A DNA stretch of 64,000 nt, from NCBI GenBank assembly GCA_043228905.1, contig JBHGNT010000012.1, positions 2,046,001-2,110,000 of the forward strand, in the 5' to 3' direction. The DNA is from Azolla caroliniana (lineage: Eukaryota; Plantae; Polypodiophyta). The position numbers and the translations under genes were made by a program. This document shows positions 41,890-55,300 of the stretch, piece by piece. Each line of letters opens with the position of its first letter. Position 1 is the first letter of the stretch. The notes under the pieces are model-generated. The model saw only the letters and a program-made list of their open reading frames with translations, did no database searches and was not told the origin of the DNA.

Positions 41890-44800
41890 ATTCAAGGAAT
41901 AGCAAGATTGCTTCATCACACCAAAGTGAGTCTAAATTTAGGCTTTAACAGATAGTTCTTACAAATCCATGAGATCGACATCCAAATTTTAAGATTATAT
42001 TTGACATAGAAATCAAGGTAATCTGACATAATCATGCTTCATGTTCATCATATGATTAATGGGTTTAGATAATCAGGGAAGTGAGAATTACCTCAATGTT
42101 TGAAAGGTAGCCTTGGTTCTGCAGGTCACATGATTTAAAGGCTATTCCACAGAACCTTTCAAAGGAAGGATGTTTTGAGATGAATGCTGATCCCTCAAGA
42201 AACTGCAAATTCCCATCAACGATAGAGTTGAGATATCTGTCCCTCATTAGAGGCACATAATATACAATAAATACAATGTAAAAGTTCTTAGTATGCACCC
42301 CTTGGAAAGACATTGCGCTTTGCTCTTCTGTATCGAAGAAGTCAAAAATCTAATAGCAATTCAAAATGTCAAGTTAATATTAACTGGTGAACTAGAAAGC
42401 TTAGTTACTGCGCATTAATAAGAAGGCAGAATTAAACCTGCTCAGAAAATGTTGTTTTGGGTAGTTCTAATCCTTCTAAGAACTGATCTTTTGACACCCA
42501 ACCCCTGTCATCACAAATTTAAAAAATGTAATAAAACAGAACCATACAGTTAATAGCCACCATCTATTAGTGTACTAGTTAATATTGAGCTTAATGACGT
42601 GTAAGCATCATTTGCATTTGACAACAAGATAATTAATTCCAATTACATCAATCATATAGCTTACTGTCAGAATACATGGTCGGTACCCAGAAAACCAACC
42701 TATTATCTGAATCCATTTTTTGAAATTTCTCATAGAAAATAAGAGCCTCTTTTGCGCTGATACAGAACACCTAAAAAGTGAACAAAAAACTTCAATCAAA
42801 CTCAGCAATCAAATTGAAAAAAAGTAGACATTCCCACCCCCTACTTTTTTTCCTGGAACGAGAAAATTTCCATGCCCTTTGCAGAGGCTTGGTACAAACA
42901 CATAGATATCTTTCTCATAGATGAGATTTGGCTTGTCCATAAAGGATTATTCTGCTGCAATAAATATGTTCATATAGCCTCGGAATTCAAATGCATAATA
43001 ACGAGAACACAGTATATTCATTATATACCTTCTTCCACCATGCCATTTCCACAACGCAAGGGGTATCTGATGCCTACAAAAAAATATATGTATATGAACA
43101 ATATGTCAAAAGAAGAAAATCTGATAAAATATATGTCAAGTTTCTCATGTGATGGAGTCATGCAATATCTTACATTCTTATGCTCATTCATTTTTTCAGA
43201 TAAGATGAGATCATTAAAAGAATACTCAGTTTCTGCCACATTTAATGCCTTCGCCATGACATTCTTAACCTGTTCAAAGAAACATTTCTCACTGTAACAA
43301 AATGCTTCCTTAGATTATTCAGCACCAATATTGCTGCAAGGAACAGATCATCTTGACCTTTTTAGCAAAGAGTCTTGGATGGTCTTTCTCCCTAGGAGAT
43401 GGATAGACAACAGGCAAATACTCAACCTGGAAGAAAACACAGTATTATCTTTAGTACCAATTATACAATATATTATCCAGCAAAATCATGGATATGCTGT
43501 GCTATATGCTGCCACCCAACTTAGTTATTTAAGTTTTTACACTTTAATGGTGGCCTAGCCATCCATTTCGGATGAGACAGAAAGTCATTCACATAAATTT
43601 TGCTTTTCATGAAGATGGTTTGCAGGTATTCATTATTTGGTTTTTTACCCAGAAAATAATCAAGATCTCTTATATGAACTATAATAGTCATGACCAAAAC
43701 TTGCCCAAAACTCTTTTTCTGGAAATGTGGAAAAGAAATTCGAATTTAAAATTCTTGGTTTCATTTGGAACAAATCAAAATGTTTATACCCATTTAAAAA
43801 TGCAGACCAAACTATTTATGTTCAGAATCCTTATAATAAGACCCTCATTCATTTGTTGATGAAAATGTTTTCCCAGTTTGCTTCCTTCTCCTGTGTGTCT
43901 GAATAACATTCTTGCACCTACACAGATTGTTAGTCAGTGTCTTATATCAAGGGTTCATTGAAGTGATCTCTGCTGTGTTCACTTTATGGGGACTGTAAAC
44001 TCCATTTTCATTTACTATCCTAGCATACTTATCTTTATTCATTTCTTATCTGCTTTCTTCAAAATCATCAACATCATAATTATCTACATTTATGTTAACA
44101 AACATCACTTGCACAAACGTTAACATTGCCATGAAATTAATCACTTATCAAAAATCCAACTATCCATTTGCCTACTTACTTCCATAAAGTTGTGAAATTG
44201 CGTAAACATCCGAAAGACAACCTTTAGGATGGAAATCCTACCCCTACATAAAAGGAATCAAATAGCTCAGACATGGATACGAAATTTCAATCTACTCCTA
44301 ACTAACTTTCTATGATGGCACATGAATGTTACCAAGAATTGTCAAAATGAACATATGGATAACGCAAAACAACAGGTTGTACAGGTAATCCTGGAATAAA
44401 TGCTCCAAGTTGGAAAAATATCAGTGACCTCCCATTTGTAGTTGTACCCTCAGGAAACAGCATGACATGAGGATAATCATTGTTCATAGCTCTATTCTGC
44501 GATAAAATTGTATTGGATAATCATGACATCTGCATTTGCACAGCAAGTTCTACAACAAGCAGCAACAAAAAATTTGTACTTACTTTAATTTCCTTTAAGA
44601 CATCTTTTTTGGATTCAGAGGAAGACCTGTCAACATTTATGACCTGGTGGTAAAGGAAGTATTAAGAAGATATCAAGCTTTTTACATAATGTATATATGC
44701 AGATGTACAAGATCTTGACATTACCTGCATTGGTCTGATAATCATTCCAATGCCCGGTAAATCTGAGTGTGATGCTGAGCTTACAAAGCTAGGAAAAAAT

Positions 44801-45613
44801 TCATAAAAGAAAAAAATAGGATCGATAAATGAAACATGATTCGAAACGATAATTGGGGCTACTTCTCGTTTTGATCGTTTTCCATGGCGGTTTATCCAAT
44901 GATACCTATACTTCCAATAAAAAAACATCAAAGGATTAATGAGCAAAGGGAACAATATGAATCTAAGATTTTACAGTGACAAGCATCAGAGGATAGGCAA
45001 TATTAGCAATTTAAGATTTAAGTCACAAATTTTGCAAAAACCTACATATATCAGTAAAGGATTTTATTTTAGGATCATCCACATTGTATCATCTTGACGA
45101 TGGTTTGAAGAGTCAGTACACAATTAGATGATTGGGTGCAGGAGCGTTTGAAGACGATTTCAGAAGCACAGACATCTTATCTACTTTGGCATATCAATGC
45201 CCTGATAGCCTCTTCTGGTGCTGGCTGGGTAATTTCAAGTGACCATTTGCAGATGATCAAACTCAAGCATGGAGGCAAAGACCAAGTAGAGAAGCCTTCT
45301 ACGCACAGAGGAGCTTAGGATAATCAACCAGATTATGCACAAAGATGAATAAATCTGATGCAACTTCAAACGTACTAAACTAGAAAACGAGTTTATATTA
45401 TTTAATATTTTCTAATTCTTCTTAAAGTTGTACAGTCTCGTTTTCAGAGCTGTACTACAACTTCTAAAAGAATATTTTTTGTAGTTTGAATGGGATCCTT
45501 GTACAAGATTCCATTCAGAATTAAATTGGTATTTACGAGGCCATAACTTAGCTGCCACATCAGTATTTAAAGCTCTTCTTCTAAGAGTATATTCTATGTA
45601 TCTTGGATAGCAC

Positions 45614-45653
<40 letters not shown>

Positions 45654-48600
45654 AATCCTACCTTGTATATTCCTTTTTAAGTAGTTGGCTTTTGTTTTGC
45701 AGAACTACTCCTATCTCTTTAATCCCTCCGATGTGTTAAACCCCATAATTGTTTTTAGTTTCTATATCTCTGCCTTTAGATATTTCAGAAAACTGACATT
45801 CTATCTTCTACTTCCTCACACCTTATACAGGTTTATATGTTACTTTCCTTTGAGTACATACATAAATAAATGGTAGTGCTTTAAGATGGGACATTAATTC
45901 TCAGACAACACAATGTCATTAGTACAGGGAAAAATAGTTTACGAAGGAAAACTAATTATAAATATGAGTAGATTCAGGTTAAAGTGGATAAGGAGGTATA
46001 GAGTGGATATTCTCTAGCTTTGACAATTCCAATTCAAGTAAAGTACTTGCCGTCCATCTCACTTACCATGTCTTTCCAATGACATTGACATTAGCATACA
46101 TACCGTAATGTGAAAGGGCCTAAAGAATGTAAAAGACTATAAAGGTCAGTTTCGGTGCTCTTTTGAATCTCTTCACTTTCATGCTAGAGCCTTCTGTTAC
46201 TTTTTCCTTCAGGACCATGGAGTTTCAGGAAACCAAGTACTTTTATTTTCATCTCACTATGGATGACATGACTTCGCCCATATCTGTAATGATGATTTGT
46301 TTCATAGGCCGATTTTTGCCTCTAGTAAAAGACTATTAACGGTCATTTTTAGTGCTCTTTTGAGCTTCTTCTTCAGTTTCGAGCTAGAGCCTTCTCTCTC
46401 GTTTTTATTCAGATAACCATATAGTTTTAGGAAACTGACCATTTTTAATTTCGTTTTAACATGGATGACATGAATCCAGTCATATCTGTAATGACGATTC
46501 GTCTCATAGACCAATTAACATTCCCAATTCTTTTCTCATTATTCCTTATCCTTGTGTCTATCTGTGAGCTTGAGCCCTAAGCATCCATCTTAAATGCCTA
46601 ATATCTGCTTCTATTAGTGTCAGTTCCTGAATGGTAGATATAGAAAGTAAAGAACTCTTATATGCAACTAGAATTTCATTCAATAAAAGATGTTGGAATA
46701 AAGTAAATATAGAGTGAGACAGATGTGTGGAAGGGTGATATTAGTTCTAAACAAATCATATACTAAACATTGCTCATAGAACTTCGTGATAGTATCGAGC
46801 ATGGATCATAGGACATCCAGTTGAAGTTCACATTCTTTGTCCATTGAAACAATCGTAGCCATATGTATGTCTTTACAAGAAGCAATTATAAGATTGCAAA
46901 ATGAAGTACATGCTCATAATGTAAGGGAAATGATGCTTCAATTTAGGATGTATTCACAAGCACTATAAATTGAATATTTTGAAAAACTTACTTCCTATAA
47001 GGACAATAGCATTGCAAATTGAAAATACTCAGATGCCCCAACTAGAAAAGAGAATGAAAATATTAGAAGCCAAGAAAGAATCACAATCGAAGCAAATATT
47101 GAAATGGGATATAGCCATGAGGCAACACCTTAGAGCTTACATGCAATCTGGACCAGCCGACTACAAAATTAGTGGGGACAGTTAAGAGTCACAGCCACTG
47201 TGTAAGAGATAGAGGGAGTGGATTATATTCTCAGTTTGGTCTCAGTGTCACATTAAATGTGCAAGTCAGTTAATAGTGTGGAGATATTCCTTTTCTGTTA
47301 ACTGACTTGTCATTTAATAGACCAAGCTCCCTAGATACAAGCTACAAGTAAATAGTACTTATCTTAAAGTCAATACCACATACTTCAAGACTAAGTACAT
47401 GTAACTAGTCAATCATATTACCCTATTTCCCTCTTTCCTAAATATATTCTGTACTACTCATCTACGGTTTCCTACATTGACACCTTATCGACCCATATCA
47501 TCGGGTTGCACAATAGCTACTCCTCATTTGGCGCGCTATCACAAAATGTGTACTCTAAGAGTACATATGGGGATAAATTGACAACTTGGAGTTGATCATT
47601 GATTATATCTAACAAAGACATACACATGGTTGCAATTTTTCATTGGACTAGGAATGCAAAAGACATACACACAGTGATAGGGCAGCTGTAAACTTCATCA
47701 CATCAGTTAGACATTGAGGTAGGGAGATGTATGAATACATCTAGAAGAAAGAATTTGCCAATTTTGTCATCAAGAGTGTGTTGGAGAGTGGCAGCTCCAG
47801 ACCTGCACTCTCTTTCATCTTTATTATCTTTGTACTACATCCTATCTAACCTTTTGCAATCCAATGAAACAATTGCAACCATGTGTATGTCTTTGTGATA
47901 GTCCAATTAGATGGACATACATTGTGATAGGGCAGCTGTAAACTTCATCACATCAGTTAGAGATTGAGGTAGGGAGATGTATGAATACATCTAGAAGAAA
48001 GAATTTGCCAATTTTGTCATCAAGAGTGTGTTGGAGAGTGGCAGCTCCAGACATGCACTCTCTTTCATCTTTATTACCTCTGTACTACATTCTCTCTCTT
48101 CCCAGATTCTTCTCTCTCTAGAATCTGCAACTCTTTAAATGCCTTCTCTCTCTAGAACTTCATCACATCAGCTACAGATTGAGGTAGGCAGATATACACA
48201 ACTACCTCTAGAAGAGAGAATTTGCCAATTTTGTCATTAAGGAGTGGAATCTAAGGAACACTATGTTTGTCATTGTAGTGTCTTTTATGAAATCAGAGGG
48301 AGATACCATTGCCTCTTTAAACAAGGCTTTGGCCCACTACGCAAGGTAATGGAATATGAGGACCAACGATGCCTAAGACTTTTCTTGCTAGAGCTCAAGA
48401 GACATCGGGAAAAGTTGTTGAAGAATACAGCCACACAAGTTCATCCACAAAGAACAATCACAACTTTCTTTAGCCCTCCTACTACTCCTAAGGGGAGATG
48501 CCATTGTCTCTTCAAGCAAGGCTTTGGCCCGCTATGCAAGGTAATGGAATATTATAACCAATTGTGCTTTGCACTTTTCTAGCTAGAACTCAAGAGAAAA

Positions 48601-51208
48601 AGGGAAAAGGATTTGAAGGACAATAGTATAGCACACAAGCTCATCAACAAAGAACAACCATAACTTTCTTAAGCCCCATCACTCCTAATTCTACAAGTCA
48701 ATCAAGGGCCACATAAATGGGCTCCCCACAAAGAAATAGCAAAGGGATTACAATAGATTGGGCAATAGCAATTTACAGTCCTCGTAGGCCCTAGTCTAAT
48801 GGGCCACAATCTCACTATTCTTGTCATCGACAGATAAAGGCCATTATCTCCCACCTTCGCACGTGTTATAAAGAAGTGGAAGATAGAATGATAGTTTTTT
48901 GAAATATCTTAAGTCAGAGATTTAAAGACTAAAAACTCCTTCGGGGTTTAACACATAGAAGAGATTAAAGAAAGTAGAAGCAGTTCTACACCAGAACTTT
49001 TTAAAAAAATGTACAAGATAGGAGTGCACACACATATATGTCAAGATACATCGAATATGCTCTTAGAAGAAGAGCTTTAAATGCTGATAGGACAGCTAAG
49101 TCATGACCTCATAAATACCCATTTAATGCTGACTGGGAATCTTGTCCAAGGATCCCATTCAGTGTACAAAATATTCTTTTAGAAGTTGTAGTACAGTTCT
49201 GAAAATGAGACTGTAAAACTCTAATAAGAAGTAGATAATATTAAAACATATAAAACGTTTTTCTGGTTTAAATGGAGAAACCTAAAGGGCCTTTAATCCC
49301 AACATGTTTTTCCCTCACTTCAAAGACCTCTCTATTCTGGATGAACATATGCTAGAGATCGTTCGACCACAAACATTACAATACCTTACTTGAGAATGTT
49401 ACACATACTAATAACAAGATTCTTTAGTCATATGTTATCTTATTTACTTTTTTTTTTACTTAGCAACATTAATTTGGTTTGTTGTTCTCAAAGACAAAGA
49501 CAATATTTAAGATGTTATCTCTTGTTTGGTCTTATAGGCCATTTTGGCCTCTTAAAAGACACTAATATCTTTCTTTCTTTCTTAAAGATCCATCATAATG
49601 ATCTTAATGCATTTAGTGGAATAATTCTAGAGATGTTTACTAGCATGAAGTGCATAACTACTATGTATGGGCCGAGCAATTTCCAGTTCCATGGAAAGAA
49701 GAAGAGCATACGTGATTGATCTTGATTCAGATATCCACAGATATGCATTGAGAAACAAGCTCATACTCACATAATTTCACTTTACATCTACTCTCTACCT
49801 CACCTTCATGCACAGTTTGCACCCCCAAGTCATTCAACATTGTTTAGCATATATATGCTGATATTTAAAAAAATGCAATTGATCAGTTTAAGTTTACAAC
49901 TGGTAAATGCACCCAGCATAGTGAACATGCTTTCCTACAAAGTTGTTTCATGCTTTCCTACAATGAGGATGTCATCAATATACAAAACCAAAATAATAGG
50001 TCTGCTATCAGTTTCCATTTTAAGATAGCGACAAGGATCTGCCTTACATCGAGTGAAGACATTTGAGCGTATGAAAGAGTCAAATTTCTTATACCATAGA
50101 CATTGGGCTTGTTTCAGCCCATAGAGGCTGCATCAAAATTTACAAACTAAATGCTCTTTTCCTGGAATCATGAACCCTTCAGGCTGCAGCATATAAAGCT
50201 CCTCATCTAGGCTTCCATGAAGGAAAGTCATCTTCCACAAAGCCATAGGATATAAAATCAACAATGTTCGAAATTTCTGATGTCTTCTAAAGATAGCCAT
50301 CCTATACCCATAGAAGATGGAGGAATCTCGAAACTGAGGAAATTGCCTCCAAAATTATATTCAATCTTACTTACAAGAGCAAGATTGGAGAACAATTTAC
50401 AATCCCCAGACAACAATACGTTCCTCAAGGATATGAAGTCATCAATAAACAGAAGCAAAAACTAATATTCACAAAACAACATAGAAGTAGATAAGAATTA
50501 CCCAAGGAAGAACAAGAAGGCTCGCGCGAATAACCGAGTAATGTATACGAATCGCCGACGCCATTTTGGCATCGGAAGGTGCTTCTCCGTCCATCCAACA
50601 AGGACGAGTTTGGCAAACAAAACTCCAATGACAGTTATGAGAATGATTAGCAGCAATCTAATGATAGCTAATGGAAGACATAAAAAAGTCTTGATCCATT
50701 CATAAGTATTCGAGATGGTTTCAGTGTGGTTTCGGAAAGGGTCTATGGTTGGCATTGGGGGTGATGCGGGCCGCTCACCAAGAAAACTGTAGAGGCCACC
50801 ATTGATCCCATCATTTTGAGCTAATTCGCTGGTATCAGTATTACTGTTCATACGGGTCTCCTCTTGAATCTCTTCATTTTCTTCTTCATATTCATCCTTA
50901 TAGGAAGCATTCACAGTTGAATCAATTATGCCAATTCTATCTTCAGATTCAGCCTCTTTTCCGAAGTGAACTTCGTGAGGGATATCAAGAGCAATATCTG
51001 TCCTACCATTCTCATGACCATTTCCATTTCCATTTCCATTTCCATGTTTATTTCCATCTCCATTTCTAATTCTATATCCATTTCCAATCTCATGTCCATG
51101 TCTTGGAATGGATTTGAGTGCGGAGGAATCCGCGAAGTGGCCCTGAACTCGATCGTGATCATATTCATGATTGAGTAGAGGTCTTTGAAGGTCCTCCACC
51201 TCAGTCAT
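41408..51208 (-). CDS. LPEAT2: Lysophospholipid acyltransferase LPEAT2-type (PlsC domain plus EF hands)
   Basis: 14 exons: 51208-50502, 44905-44725, 44643-44584, 44496-44333, 44243-44180, 43426-43358, 43269-43174, 43073-43029, 42770-42700, 42504-42438, 42349-42299, 42202-42092, 41672-41625, 41545-41408. Motifs SNHVSFID (NHX4D), FPEGTTTNG and EF-hand DFDGDGLVNWDDF. Confidence 0.92.
45375..45615 (-). mobile_element. LINE-associated 3'-terminal fragment, inverted homolog of 49030-49270
   Basis: Its reverse complement aligns with 49030-49270 (CTCTTAGAAGAAGAGCTTTAAAT...CAAGGATCCCATTCA...TATTCTTTTAGAAGTTGTAGTACAG); abuts (TG)n at 45617-45652. Confidence 0.75.
46143..46512. repeat. Diverged tandem duplication, 2 x ~198 bp
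   Basis: GTGCTCTTTTGA...GCTAGAGCCTTCT...ATGGATGACATGA...CATATCTGTAATGA recurs. Confidence 0.8.
47480..49270 (+). mobile_element. Rearranged 3' part of an RTE-X-like LINE in LPEAT2 intron 1
   Basis: SSHQLQIEVGRY...EERICQFC...VESKEHYVCHCSVFYEIRGRY; internal direct and inverted duplications. Confidence 0.8.
49830..50235 (-). mobile_element. Copia reverse-transcriptase fragment
   Basis: Minus-strand translation FLHGSLDEELYMLQPEGF...SLYGLKQA...LVLYIDDILIVG, with a stop. Confidence 0.85.
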
Positions 51209-51796
51209 GGTGAAGCAGAAATGCGATGAGAAAAATATATGCTCTTTTGTTGGATGAAGGATAAACTAAGAAAGACAGAAAGATCTAGAGGACAAGATGA
51301 CCCAATAAGGTAGAGAGAGAGAATGAGTGTGCAGGAGTGTTTTGAAGAAGGAATAGCTGGAGATGGAGATGGAGATGGAGATGGAGATATACAAAGTAAA
51401 GAAATAAACGTGTGGGGAGATTGTGGTTTCCTTCTTCTTTAATCGAGGAGAGAAGAAGCCAAATCAATGTGGGTCACACGCAGAAGGAAAAACAAAAAAA
51501 AAAAAAAAGCGAAAGCGAAAAAACAAGAATTAAGAAAAAGAAAAAGAACAGAGAAAACTGTGAAATTAGGGTTCTCCCTTTCGTTTCGCTTTTTTTTTTT
51601 TTTGTTTCCTTTTGGGAAGAAGGTTTTTTGTGGCTGTTGGAATGTGTATGGAGGTGTTGTGGTGGAGGAATTCTAGGGTTCTGCTTGGGGGAGAAGCAGA
51701 GACTCAGAAAAACGAAAAACAAAGAACCTAAAACAGAAGAAGAAGAAGAAGAAGAAGCAGAAACAGAGTAGGGGAAACGACCGACCCCCCCGTGGG

Positions 51797-51860
51797 TGAC
51801 GTGGCAGCCCCGTGCCGACGTGGAGCCCCTGCCGACGTGTCCCACTGCTGACGTGGAGCC
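51797..51860. promoter_or_regulatory. Cluster of ABRE/G-box-like (ACGTGG, ACGTGTC) and DRE/CRT-like (GCCGAC) motifs upstream of LPEAT2
   Basis: Four GACGTG cores spaced ~17-19 bp apart, two of them within GCCGACGTG; function inferred only. Confidence 0.5.
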
Positions 51861-51986
51861 CCTTATAGACGCCATGTGGCCGGCCGGCCGGACGGACGGA
51901 CGGACGGACGGGACTTTAGGCTTATATTCTCATAATGCCTTTCTTCTTCTCTCTTTCTTTCTTTCTTTCTTCTTCTTCTTCTTCTC

Positions 51987-52018
<32 letters not shown>

Positions 52019-52116
52019 ATACCTCTTCTTCTTTCTTTTTTTCTTCTTCCGCATTTTTGTTCACAAGTCTTGCCTGGACACCTCCTGTGATCACACACGT
52101 TTTTTATTTGCCGCCA

Positions 52117-52375
52117 TATACATATACGTATATACATACGTATACATGTGTGTGTGTGTGCCCTTCCTATACGTATGTATATACACACATGTATACGTAT
52201 ACATGTGTGTGTGTGTGTGTGTGCGCACCCTTCTTATACGTATGTATATACACACATGTATATGTATACATGTGTGTGTGTGTGTGCACGTGCCCTTCCT
52301 ATACGTATCTATATACACACATGTATACATATACATGTGTGTGTGTGTGTGTGTGTGCACGCGCGCACCCTTCCT
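52117..52375. repeat. Alternating purine-pyrimidine minisatellite, ~4 units of 60-70 bp
   Basis: CCCTTC.TATACGTAT.TATATACACACATGTATA..TATACATGTGTGTG repeated. Confidence 0.9.
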
Positions 52376-55300
52376 CTGCCTCCATTGATGATGATACTCT
52401 TGTTTTGTTCTAAAATGATGGTGTCCTGATCCATAAGTGTCACGTGGCCAAATAACGTGGTCATCACCCTTTCGGGATGTTCCCTTATAAGATTTCCATT
52501 CTCCTCGGCAAAAGACTCTTCTTTATGATCGTCCACTTGGCTTTACACCTCATGACATAAAGCTAGATATTAAAGTGTGGATCACTTTGTCGTCCTCTCG
52601 TGTTTCCAATGGACCTCACGATTTCCTTCCGAATCTCTCTTAGTTTGGATCCTCATCTTTCCTTTTCGCATTCATGTTGTGCTAGGAGTTGGTATACAAT
52701 GCTACAAACCAAATCCACGAATCCTAATTCTTTTATCTTAAATTCGCAAAATCATATTGAAAACGTTGTTTGCCTCACATGTTTATGAGATATTGCCAAA
52801 AACATTGAAAAAGCTTCGAATTTTCTCGCCAATACTACGGATTTTAAGAGAATTAAACATCGGAAAACTTGTCAGTGTTTTTTTTAGGTGAAATGCAAAC
52901 GTCCTTTTTTTATCATAATTGTCTTTTATATCCCAACTTTTCTAGGATGCTAAATTTTAAATTTTGTTTTCATTCATAATCTTATTAAATTCTAGTGAAC
53001 TATGTCATCCACATACCCTTCTCTTTGATGATAGATCGTTAATGTCACTAACATTATATAAATATTGTGCTTTCTAGCTTGAGAAGTAACTAACTTTGGT
53101 TACTTTTTAACAAATACATGAGGTATTTTAACTACATTATTTATCTAATGAAACGAGTAACAATTGCTTAATGAGAGTGAGTTAACAACTACCTTTTGAG
53201 TTCATGTGCCTCGACTCCCTTACTATCCACTCGTTGTGGAGCATTCGTCAATATTTGCTCCATGACATTGAAGCTAGATAGAAGAGTTGAAACGTAATGG
53301 AGGCTTGGCAAGCAACAATTTATGTGTCAATGGAATATTTGCAAATCTCCAATCGAATAGGGAAATGTTCTAAAGACCCCATGTCCCATAGAATCGTAAA
53401 ATCAAATGATGTTGGCATGAAGGAATCACGGTTCATCATATACATTCATTATAGCTACCTCCATGTCTATCTAAGTTGTAAAGATTAGGAGGTCAAACGT
53501 CAACCATCCTAATCCACACATCTAGCTTTAGAATCTCAATCACCAAGGAATCACATGCGTTTTGCTAAGGAACATCCAAGATTGAATGTGGCACATGGAT
53601 TATGATGCACCAATACGTATGTTAAAATCACCCATAAGTAATCCTAGGTGGTCCACGAATAAGGTCTAATGAAGTGAACCCCATAATGTAACACATTGAG
53701 CAGTATGGTTAGGGGCATAAATCCCCACCTATCACACGCATATATACAAAACTTCATTGACATGATAGAGATTAGGATGATATCATATTATGTTAACATG
53801 TATTGAAACATTCCATAGTTAAGCTAGAGCATATGCACGATATTATAAAACATCGCCACATTGCAAAGCGAATGTATGATCGCCAAATGGAATGCTTTCA
53901 TGAATGTGCCCATCATGCATGGTTACAAGATGTAAGCATGCATGTATCCAAACCATGTTAGATAAGCACGTGTTCTGGTGAACCATTCCAATTAAATGAC
54001 AATATTTGGTATATTATTATATATCTTGCCTTATTTATTGTTAATGCAATGTCATTCTCCTTGTACTCTCTTCTTCAATTTGATATTATTTCTCACCAAA
54101 ATATTCTCTTCAATTTGATATTGTTTCTCAGCAAAATGGGTGATTTCTACTATTAAAAACAAATGAGAAAGATCATTATGCACAACTAAACGACAATACT
54201 TGAATTAATATTACATCGAAATAATGATTGTTAAATTGTCTTGCATAGAATGAGGATGAACAATGTGGATCCTACTAACTCCAAACATTTATGCTCAACA
54301 ATGCATGATATATTCCATTATCTACTTAATAAAGTTTGCCATTCTATAGGAGAACATGCCCCTCCTTCAAAGCCACCAAGGCCATGAGAATAGTCTAAGC
54401 ATGTTCTAAAGTTGCATATGGGTTTTCATACACCACATCCCTGTGGCTGTCTATGGGAACCTTTTGTTTAGATTTTCTATCCCAAAAAAACATTGACTTG
54501 ATGGAATTTCAACTCGATCTCCTAAATCAAACCGAAATTAAAGGGGGTATACCTTATCTTTTACTTGTCATTGCCAACTAGTTTTCTCAAACTCTCCCTT
54601 ATTTTTGAGCTACTTTGCGAAGTAATATCACAAATACTACGAAAACTGCAATGTTGAAATTGCAAATTCACCTGTCTCCCCTTCAAATTACCTTTAGCAA
54701 GTTGCTAATTTCTTTCTCTCTCGGAGCCTTGATGCATAGTTTTTACCTTAAGTCTCCATCTTAAGTGTTTGAGCTTGGTTTAATGCATGTGAGTGACGTC
54801 GGACATATGTAAATGTCAAGATCCCTACACAAAATAAAAGGAAATTTGAATATACAAACTCTTGGAGTGTATGAAACTTTTGAAGTTGATAATTAAACTC
54901 AATTTGTTTTACCATGTCTAGGATAGAATAAAAGAGGTATTATGAATATATTTCAATATTTAGTGTCTATTGCTTGTACAATGGCGTACTATTGGCAAAA
55001 ACAACCCATAGGATTAAAAATGTACCAAATCTCAAAGAAAGGCAATGATAATTGACTTGTACAACTAATATTACTTTTTGTGACTATTTTTGAGGAAAAG
55101 TTGGTAGGCTTTATATTACTTTTACCACACACATATATGTATTGCACTTCGATGTAGTTTCAAATGATTTATTATTCTTTCTTTTTATTCAAAAAAAAAG
55201 ATACTACATACAGTAGTATTAAGATATGTCCCAAGGCTATACATACAAGAAGTACCTTTCATAAATGTCTAAATTCTAACCGTTAGCTTAAATAAATACT

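Noticed and set aside
46143-46512. Possible intronic snoRNA pair
   Set aside because: No convincing C/D or H/ACA box arrangement on the host (minus) strand; reported only as a duplication
51796-52429. 205-aa ORF and overlapping ORFs
   Set aside because: Translation of simple repeats and the RY minisatellite
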